Shown here: piece after piece, positions 55,521 through 64,000 of the stretch | How the letters are laid out: the number at the start of each line of letters is the position of its first letter | How positions within the stretch are numbered: position 1 is the first letter of the stretch | Assembly: GCA_963707025.1 (NCBI GenBank) | Contig: CAVPOM010000010.1 | Location: 64,001-128,000 of the forward strand | Source: an uncultured Verrucomicrobiae bacterium | Lineage (GTDB): Bacteria; Verrucomicrobiota; Verrucomicrobiia; Limisphaerales; Palsa-1400 | Reading direction: 5' to 3' | Length of the DNA: 64,000 nt | Program-made: the position numbers and the translations under genes | Notes under the pieces: model-generated | Database searches by the model: none | Told to the model about the DNA's origin: nothing | Seen by the model: the letters and a program-made list of their open reading frames with translations, nothing else

Positions 55521-56987
55521 ATGTTCCATCAACGATCCAGCCGGCAAAATTCACCCTCCGCCGAAAACCAGCATTCCTACAGGCAATTTTCGCCCGCAAG
55601 TCGAAGCACGCGCCCGCACGGCGTCGGTCGCGCCCTGGTCCTTTGGCTGGCGCTTGGTGCCTGCCTGGCAGCGGCAATGGCTCGCGCGCAAACGGCGCCG
55701 CCCAGTTCGAAATTCCTGCTGGGGGCGGACATCTCAGCCCTGGCCAGCGGGCGCGGCGGCCGGGGCTTTGGCGGCAGAGCGCGCGGGAATGCCGCCACCA
55801 ATACTGCCGCAACCAACACCGTTGCCGCCGGCACCAACGCGGTGGCGGCCGGTGGGCGGCGCGGAGGTCCCGGCGGTTACCAGGAGAACGGCCAGCCGGG
55901 CACCGAAATCAGCATCATGATGAACCACCACTGGAACGCCTTCCGCCTGCGCGTTTTTGTGGACCCGGTGAGGAACGCTCCGAACAACAGCTTGTCCAAC
56001 ACCATTCCGCTGGCCAGACAGATCAAGGCGGCCGGGGCCTTGTTCCTGCTGGACATTCATTATTCGGACACCTGGGCCGATCCGCAGCACCAGGAGACCC
56101 CCTTGGCGTGGCAGGACATTGACGCAGACCACACCAATCAGTCCCTCAGTCTGCGCGAGTTTCAAGACCTGCTGACCAACAGCGTGTCCGGCTACGGAAC
56201 CTGGCCGGCGGCACGGGTGGAACGGGACATGGCCGCCTTGGAAAAACGCGTCGAGCAATACAGCAGCGATGTCATCACCCAGCTCCAGCAGGCCGGGGCG
56301 ATGCCGGACATGGTGCAAGTGGGCAACGAAATCACCGGCGGCACCCTGTGGCCCTTCGCCCACGTCAAGGTCCCCCCTTCCGCTGTCAAACTGGATGCCG
56401 GCAGAATTCAAGCCCTGCCCGAGCCTTACGACGACAACCGGCAATGGGACCATCTCATCCGCGTGATCAAGGCCGGGGTGCGCGGCGTCCGCTCCGCCGC
56501 GGGCCGCCCGGTGCCAATTGTCATTCACATTGACTGCGGCGGCGACTGGCCGGTGACCAAATGGTATTTCAATCACCTGACGGAGGCGAAGGTGGACTAC
56601 GACATCATCGCCCAGAGTTTTTATCCCAACTATCACGGCACGCCGGACCTGCTGCAGCAGAACATGGTGGAGTGCGCCCGGGCCTATCACAAGCCGTTCC
56701 TGGTGGCCGAGACCGGGTATGCGAAGACCGGCGGAGACGAGCTGATGACGCGGAGAAAGTACAATTTGTGGCCGGGAACGCCGCAAGGCCAGTTGCAGTT
56801 TATGGCCGACCTGGTCAACACGGTCCAGCGCGCGCCCGGCGGCCTGGGAGTGATTTACTGGGCGCCCGAGGGCGCCTTGTGGAATGCCGACGGCAGCCCC
56901 GCGCCGGCCATTTCCGTGCTCGACAATTTGTCGCTGACCAATGCCCCGCAGAGTCATCTGCCCCCCGCGCCCGCGTCCGGGCCATAA
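55521..56987 (+). CDS. Glycoside hydrolase family 53 (endo-beta-1,4-galactanase-like)
   Basis: GADIS, RLRVFVDP, LDIHYSDTWADP, VQVGNEI, SFYP, VAETGY. Confidence 0.93.
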   Translation: MFHQRSSRQNSPSAENQHSYRQFSPASRSTRPHGVGRALVLWLALGACLAAAMARAQTAPPSSKFLLGADISALASGRGGRGFGGRARGNAATNTAATNTVAAGTNAVAAGGRRGGPGGYQENGQPGTEISIMMNHHWNAFRLRVFVDPVRNAPNNSLSNTIPLARQIKAAGALFLLDIHYSDTWADPQHQETPLAWQDIDADHTNQSLSLREFQDLLTNSVSGYGTWPAARVERDMAALEKRVEQYSSDVITQLQQAGAMPDMVQVGNEITGGTLWPFAHVKVPPSAVKLDAGRIQALPEPYDDNRQWDHLIRVIKAGVRGVRSAAGRPVPIVIHIDCGGDWPVTKWYFNHLTEAKVDYDIIAQSFYPNYHGTPDLLQQNMVECARAYHKPFLVAETGYAKTGGDELMTRRKYNLWPGTPQGQLQFMADLVNTVQRAPGGLGVIYWAPEGALWNADGSPAPAISVLDNLSLTNAPQSHLPPAPASGP

Positions 56988-57184
56988 ACCGCGGCCCATT
57001 GCGCTGCAACCATCAAGGCAAAGCAATGTCATGCGCCAGTAATGCCTGGCAGGGCGGGTCCCGAATTATCGGGACCCCACCCTGGCATTCATGCCGCATT
57101 GCTTTGCCTCGCACCCGCCGGCGCATTTGGGAACTGTCGAAATTGGTGATGCGAAGGTCGTTTCCAGAGGATATGCTCGGCTCC

Positions 57185-60100
57185 ATGCGCGCAACTTCTT
57201 TGATCCGGCCCTGGCGCGCGGCGCTTTACGGCGCATTCGCACTGGGCGCGCCCCTGGCGCGAGCCGCGCAGGCGCCGGGGAGTCCCTCTTCCGCGCAAGT
57301 CACCACGGTGCGCCAAATTCGCCGGCTGGCTACCCAGACGCCGGAGGCCAGCTATTCCTTCGCTCTGGACGGGGATGTTTGGTGGGCCAATCCTGCGCAG
57401 GGAGAATTGGTTTTGAAGGATGACTCCGGCGCGGAGGAATTGGAAATGGACCTGGCGGGCCAGCCTTTGGCCGCCGGACAAAGAGTGCATCTGGAGGGAA
57501 ACGGGACGATCACCCCGACGGGTTCCGGTTTCCGCCTCGGGGCCAACGGGCCGGTGGTGGATAACGACGGCGTTCATGGGATGGTGGAGAAATCCGGCGC
57601 TGTTTTCTTGAAGGCGGGACGCAATCCGATCCGCCTGGAGTGGTTCAATGGCGTCGAGAGTTTTGGCTTGGAGGCGCAGTACCAGGGGCCGGACCTCTCC
57701 CGCCGGAAGATCGCGGACTCCGCCCTCTTTCGGCTGCAAACCAATCCCGCCAGCGGGGTGGGCCAGTGGGTCAATGGGCTGGATTTCAAATGTTGCCAAG
57801 TCTCCGGCCAGGCCCTGCCTGATTTCAAACAATTGCCCGCCCTGAAAACCGGGGTGACCGACAACTTCGATCTAAGTGTGATGACGCAGCCGGAGCATGT
57901 GGGCCTTTGTTTCACCGGATTCCTGGATGTTCCGCGCGCGGGCCTTTACCGGTTTTACCTCAAATCGGACGACGGCAGCCGGTTGTTCGCCGGCGAACCC
58001 TCGCTCCAGGCCACGGTCCTTGGCCGGGTGGCGCTGCCCAAACCTGAGCCGTTGTTCATCGGTCAATCTTGGCGCGACGGCGACAACGGCCTGTGGGTCG
58101 AAGTGACCGGAAAGGTAACTTTTGCCAGTCAGAAGCCTGACGGGTTGAAGCTGGAATTGAGCGCCGGCGCCGGACGGCTGCGCGCGGAAGTCGCCGATGA
58201 CCCCGGCCTCTCCCCCGCCCTGCTCTGGAACCGCCACGTCCGCGCCACGGGGTTCTGCCAGGGCGTCTCCAACGTGGACGGCCAGGGTGTTCCCGGTGTT
58301 TTGCTCGTCCCCGGCCGCTCTGAAATCGTGCTGCTGCCAACCCCGGCGGAGGCGGCCGAAAACAGGGACACCAACGCGCGCGGGCTTCCGCTGCTGGTCA
58401 CGGCGGCGGAGGTTCACCGCCTCAAGCGGGAGGAAGCCCGGCGCGGCTATCCGGTCAGGATCCGCGGCGTCATCACCTCGGTTCTGCCGGAGCACCAGGC
58501 CTTCACCCTGCAGGATTGGACGCGGGGACTTTATATTGTTGACTTTTCCGAAAGCCGCTCGCGCCCGCCCCGGATCGGCGAGTTTTTGGAGGTGGAAGGC
58601 GTGACCGATCCGAGTTTGTTTGCGCCCGTGGTCAATGCCCGGCGCGTGCGCGGGCTGGGCGCCGGGGAGATGCCCGAGCCGGTCCATCCCACCCGCGATC
58701 AATTGCTCAACGGCAGTCTGGACGCCCAATATGTGGAAATTCAGGGCGTGCTCACTTCGGTCCAGGAGGATGGCGTCAATCTCCTCACCCCCGACGGGAG
58801 AATCAAAACCGACCTCCGTGTCCCCGGCCTCCAACCCCAGGATCTGGCCCGTTATGAGGATGCGCTGGTCCGGGTGCGGGGATGCCTGTTCGCCACCTGG
58901 GATTATTTGACTCACCAGGTCCGGATGGGAGAGATCCGCGTTTACGGCGCGGACATCACGGTGGAGCAGCCGGCGCCGGCCGACTTGTTCTCCACGCCCA
59001 GAAAGACGGCGGCCCAACTGCTCTTGTTCGATCCCCAGGCCGGTATTTTTCAAAGGGTCAGAGTCTCCGGCCAAATCATCCATGTCCGCGGGCCGGAATG
59101 TTTCATGATGGACGGCCGCCGCGGGGTGCGCTTCATCCCAAAACATCCCGCCGGCCTGGCCGCGGGCGACTGGGTGGAGGTGGTCGGCTTTCCACAATTG
59201 AGCAGCGCTTCCCCCGTCTTGCGCGAGGCGGTGGCGCGCCAGACCGGCCACGCCGCCCTGCCCGCCGCCCGCGCCCCCGACCCGGCCGATTTGATCCGGT
59301 CGGACCTGGATTCAACCCTGGTGCGAGTGGAGGCGTTGCTTGTCAATCATAGAAACACCGGGGCGGAGCAGGCCCTGGAAATGCGCGTGGGCCTGCGCAC
59401 CTTTTTAGCCTGGCTGCCCGGCAAGGAGCAGGACGTTCGCGCCATACCGGAGGGCAGCCGGCTGGCCTTGACCGGGACCTACGCCAGCCTGGGCGGCAGC
59501 CGGCCCGGCAGCCAGGACGTGGCCTCTTTTGAGTTGCTCCTCAACTCGCCCGCCGACATCGCGGTGCTGGCCCGGCCGCCTTGGTGGACGCTGGCAAGGC
59601 TGTTGGTCATCCTGGGCGCGCTGGCCTGCGTCCTGGCCGTCACCGTCCTCTGGATTACCCAACTGCGGCGCAAAGTCGAGCAGCGCACCGCCGAACTTGA
59701 AGTCCAAATCCGCCAACGCCAGCGGGTCGAGCAACAGCATGACCATGGAGCAGGAACGCGCCCGCATTGCCCAGGACCTGCACGATGAACTGGGGTCCGG
59801 CCTGACGGAAATCAGCATGCTGGGGGCGCGGGCCCGTTCGGCCTCCGCGCCGGTGGAGAAGCGGGGCCGCTATCTGGAGCAAATGGGCGAAAAGGCGCGC
59901 CAGATGGTTACCGCCCTGGACGAGATTGTCTGGGCCATGAACCCGACGCACGATTCCCTGGCCTCGATGGTCAGTTATTTTTCCCTGTATGCCGACCGCT
60001 TCCTGGGCTGGCCAACATCGCCTGGCGCTTCGAGGCGCCGCCGACCCCGCAGGACCAGGCGGTGGATTCCCGGCGCCGCCACCAGTTGTTTCTCGCCTTC

Positions 60101-60352
60101 AAGGAAGCGCTGACCAATGTGGTGCGCCATTCCGGTGCGACGGAGGTGCGCCTGAGCATCCAGGCCGAACAGGGCCACGTCCTCCTGACCATCGCCGACA
60201 ACGGCCGGGGGCTGCCTCAGGGCGGCCAGACCGAAGAAATGGACGGCGTGGCCAATATGCGGACCCGCCTGGAAAAATTGGGCGGGCGCTTTGCAGTCAA
60301 CAGCCAGGCCGGGCGCGGCACCGTCGTTCGCTTCGATCTGCCGGCGCATTGA
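57185..60352 (+). CDS. Sensor histidine kinase (PA14-like and repeated extracellular domains, HisKA_3); frameshifts near 59740 and 60008
   Basis: SDDGSRL; TM segment; ERARIAQDLHDELG; KEALTNVVRHS; DNGRG. Confidence 0.9.
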
Positions 60353-60363
60353 ACCGCAAGCCT

Positions 60364-60997
60364 ATGACCAGAATTGCCATTGTTGAGGACAACAGAGTCA
60401 TCCGCGAAAGCCTCATGGAATTTGTCCAGGCGGACGCGGAATGCGAGTGCGTCTTCGCCTGCGCGACCGCGGCGGAAGCCCTCCAGCATGATCCCCCGGC
60501 ACCAGCCGGAAATTGTGCTGATGGACATTCAATTGCCGGACATTTCCGGCATCGAATGCACCGCCCAGCTCAAACAGCTGCTGCCCTCCGTCCAGATCAT
60601 CATGGTCACCGTCTATGAAGATACCGAACGCATTTTCAAGGCCTTGCGGGCGGGGGCCTGCGGCTATCTGTTGAAGCGTTGCACCCCGGAAGAACTCCTG
60701 GCCGCCATCCGCGAGGTGCGCCAGGGCGGCGCGCCCATGTCGCGCGAAATCGCCCGCAAGGTCATCGCTTCCTTCCAGGAACCGGTGGCCGTCGCGGCGG
60801 AAGTGGAGGGCCTGTCGCCGCGCGAGCGCGAAATCCTGGAATTGCTCGCCGGCGGATTTCCCAACAAGGAGATCGCCGACCGCATCGGCCTGACCGACGG
60901 CACGGTGCGCTGGCATCTCCGGCATGTTTATCACAAGCTGCATGTCCGCTCGCGGACCGAGGCGGCGCTCAAGTTCCTGTCCGCCAAGGCCGACTGA
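60364..60997 (+). CDS. NarL/LuxR-family response regulator; frameshift near 60488
   Basis: MTRIAIVEDN, LMDIQLP, GYLLK, LSPREREIL..NKEIA. Confidence 0.92.
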
Positions 60998-61078
60998 CCT
61001 TGCCGGCAGGCCAAAGCCCTCATACCCGCAGTCGAAGGAATCCACCAACGGGCGCGAATTGCGCCAATCCTGGGTGAA

Positions 61079-61132
61079 GTGGTGGAGTAACGGAGTGGTG
61101 GAGTATTGGAGTGATGGAGTGATGGAGTGATG
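61079..61132 (+). repeat. Short tandem repeat, (TGGAGTGA)-like, in an intergenic region
   Basis: ggagtaac ggagtggt ggagtatt ggagtgat x3. Confidence 0.75.
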
Positions 61133-61245
61133 AGCACGGCGGCTGCAAAAAACACCTTGATTAGGGGAATTATATACAATCTTACACCGCCGCCAGCCGC
61201 CTCCAAACCGGGCAAAGCGTTGACCGAAAGGACGTTCCATGAAAT

Positions 61246-61512
61246 TTAAGCGGTGGCCTTCGGCAGTTCGGGGGCTTCTGGAAGGAATAAAATCCGGTAT
61301 TGGAATTCATGTTCGACGGCTTGACGTATGGCAAGACCGAGGAACGGCAGCCCATCATCTGAGACAATCAGCCAGGTCCCTGCATTCAGGATTTCGACAC
61401 CTTTACTGGATGATGAGTCATCTTCAACGGCTTCTACGATCTGCCACCATTTATGTTTTCTTTTATCGTCGGAATCGGACGGACGTTTCACAACAAAGAG
61501 GATTGAGTTCAT
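61246..61512 (-). CDS. Hypothetical protein (88 aa)
   Basis: ATG ORF downstream of the R-M gene. Confidence 0.55.
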   Translation of the reverse strand: MNSILFVVKRPSDSDDKRKHKWWQIVEAVEDDSSSSKGVEILNAGTWLIVSDDGLPFLGLAIRQAVEHEFQYRILFLPEAPELPKATA

Positions 61513-61865
61513 GTCCCGAATCAGAGGGCCAAGAGGCGGGGGATGTCAAGCGGTGAAACCGTTACGGCTTGCGTCCCCGTTTCTTTGGCGTGGCTGGCAA
61601 CAACGGGGCGGTGAATTTCTCATAAAGCGCAAAAAGGAACCCCACACGCTCCCGGTCTGACCGAAACGGCTCCGGGCGGTAGCACTGCTCCACGGCACGA
61701 TCAAGTTCCGTGTGGGCTTTCGACAAGGCGGGAGGCATGGTGAGGGGGTCGTACAAATCAGCAATCGTGCCCGTGCCTCTCGGAGGCAAATGCGGCTCAC
61801 GCGCTTCAAGAACGATTTTTGCTTTACTATTTATTCGGTCACGCTGGCTATCGGTGACAATCGGC

Positions 61866-63359
61866 TGAGGTGGACCCCATCCTTTAGACCACGGAGCGCA
61901 TGAAATAAGCGCGACTTTTGCCGATTGCTGTCATTACTAATTGTAGTTGACTACTGTTCATTCCGTGTTTCAAAACCCTTTCGAAAAGAGAGAACGAGCG
62001 ATGCGGAGCACTGCCCGTCCTCCCTCTCCGTTTTCTTAGGGTTCTCAACTCTACCGCCGCAGGCGGTCTGATTTCAAGCCTTTTCCTGCCGCCTGCCTCT
62101 CTGTCAAGTGCTGCGATCGCTCCTGCCTCTGGCAGGTTGCATCGCTTCCCATTTGGCCGGTTGGGCTCCATGCGTGCCGGGATCAAAATACGCGTCCGCC
62201 GGCGTCGCATAGCCCAACGCCTGGTGCGGTCGTTCCCGGTTGTAGCCGTCAAACCACCGGCCCAGTCCGCGCCCTGCCGCCAACCCGTCGCCATAGTCTT
62301 GCAAATAAATGTCCTCATACTTGGCGCTCCGCCACAGCCGCTCGATAAACCGGTTGTCCATCCAGCGACCCCGTCCGTCCATGCTCACGTCCACCCCCGC
62401 CGATTCCACCGCATCAATAAACATCGGGGAGGTGAACTGCGATCCCTGGTCGGTATTGGAAATCAACGGCGCCTGACGCCCCGCCCGCAACGCCGCCTCC
62501 CAAGCGTCCACACAAAAGTCCGCCTCCAACGTGTTGCTCAAGCGCCATCCCAGCACGTAACGACTCCACCAATCCATCACCGCCACCAAATACATAAACC
62601 CAGTTGCCATAGGCACATACGTAATGTCCGAACACCAAACCTGATCCGGTCCCGTCACTGCCAAATTGCGTAACAGATACGGATAAATCTGGTGCCCCAT
62701 CTCCCGCAGACTCGTCTTGGGCTTGGCGTAAATCGCCTCGATCCCCATCAACCGCAGCAGCCGCACCACCCGTTTGCGATTGATGGTCAAACCCTCCCGG
62801 CGCAACAGCACGGTCAGTTTGCGGCTGCCATAAACCGGGTGGTCCAAATGCATCTGGTCCAACCGCCGCATCAGCGCCAGGTTCTCCTCTGTCTCCGGAC
62901 AGCACTGGTAATAATAACTGCCACGGCACACCGCCAGCAGCTCGCACTGGCGCCGCACGCTGAGCTGCGGATCGGGAGCGATTAAACATGTTAAAGCCCC
63001 AGTTGCCTGGACTTTTTTTTAAGCCAGTCCAAGTCCACCGTCAGTTGGCCAATCTTCTCATGCAGTTGGGCAATCAACTGTTCCTGATCCTCCGTGCGGG
63101 GTTGCCCGGGCTCAAACAATTCGGGCATGTGATCCCGAATCGTCGCCCGCCACTGCGTGACCTGCGCCGGATGCACCGCATACTCTCGCGCCAATTGCGC
63201 GACCGTCTTCAGCCCCACCAGGGCTTCGAATCCCACTTTGGCCTTGAAGGCCGCACTGTGTCTTTTCCGTTTTGCTTTCATAAGTCTGCTCTTTCTTATC
63301 TACAGCAAACCGGCAAAAATCGAAACTTACCTGTGGTCTAAAAATAGGGGTCCAGCTCA
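61866..63359 (-). mobile_element. IS3-family element, copy 2 (1494 bp), target duplication GGC
   Basis: Near-identical inverted copy of 41321-42813. Confidence 0.96.
62104..63281 (-). CDS. IS3 transposase OrfA/OrfB, intact
   Basis: orfA 62991-63281; orfB 62104-62958 with a complete DDE. Confidence 0.94.
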
Positions 63360-64000
63360 GGCCAAGGGAAATTGTTGTCACACTATTGTGTTGGAGTATT
63401 GATAACGGCTTTCCAAGCGACCACCTTTCACATCCAAGCCATGTGCATAATGGATGACAAAACTCCGAAATGGAAAGGTTGAGCGTTGGGGACAATCAAA
63501 GAACTTCCATTAGCGACCACCTCAGATTTAAGAAACCCCAAAGGGAGATATTGTCTTCGTTCGGACGAAACCTTCGGAAATAATAAGTAGTCATCATTTG
63601 GCTGTCTATCCTCGCCGACAGACGCGGGCGTTGATGCAAGCTCGATAGTTGGCGGTTTCTTGCTTGCCGCACGGAACCTGCGAACTGCCTCGACTCGTTC
63701 CAGAATTGGAGGACAACTCCGAATATCATTCGGCGACGCACGTTCCAGCCAAAGCACCCACCGCTTCGTGCCGTTGAGAAACTCATCCCCACCTGTAAAT
63801 GGCCGGATAACATGCTCCGTGAACGGATACCCCTGAATCAGTTCCTCCCTTTCCTTTGCATCCAGAATGAAATGCCCATCGTCCACCAACTTTGTTCCGA
63901 AAACCATTTCAGGAACCCCGCACAGCGGCCTTGCCCGGTAGAGAACGACGATATTTTGCGCGTCCGTCAAATACGGACTGATATTCTTGACAGAAAACGA

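Larger units (their letters stand above)
61562..64000 (-). pseudogene. MmeI-like type IIL restriction-modification gene (3' part), interrupted by IS3 and further indels
   Basis: NISPYL, PKVSSERRQY, FGVLSSIMHMAWM, GRLESRYQYS, ADLYDPLTMPPAL..AH..LDRAV; halves rejoin as FPWPIVTD. Confidence 0.88.

Noticed and set aside
41321..63359. Composite transposon or inversion bounded by the two inverted IS3 copies (both outer flanks are GGC)
   Set aside because: Each IS has its own duplication and each interrupted gene rejoins in frame across its own IS, so these are independent insertions

Overview
Accessory region of a probable Verrucomicrobia-type genome (inferred from gene styles), with many single-base frameshifts that mostly look like assembly indels. 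The left half (1-32858) appears to be the right part of a mobilisable island ending at a duplicated tRNA-Ser 3' end. It carries three modules: (i) a B12-radical-SAM + ABC transporter operon; (ii) a tightly coupled ~15 kb operon (6.8-22.1 kb); (iii) a MobF relaxase / coupling protein / ParA-like module plus radC. The 15 kb operon is the standout. It encodes a ThiF/E1, one catalytic and two Cys-less E2-fold domains, a JAB/MPN peptidase, three C4HC3 RING/PHD-like proteins, a HerA/FtsK-type ATPase, a nucleotidyltransferase, coiled-coil proteins and a membrane TPR protein ending in Gly-Gly. It has no canonical ubiquitin. Five of its proteins share an N-terminal 'MSxxNKYGE + zinc ribbon' module, and that motif recurs at the Gly-Gly C-terminus of the TPR protein. 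The right half is a decaying mosaic: integrase/transposase remnants, GH3, a giant adhesin split by IS3, a truncated glpK, a prepilin/GH53/two-component glycan locus, and an MmeI-like R-M gene split by a second copy of the same IS3.
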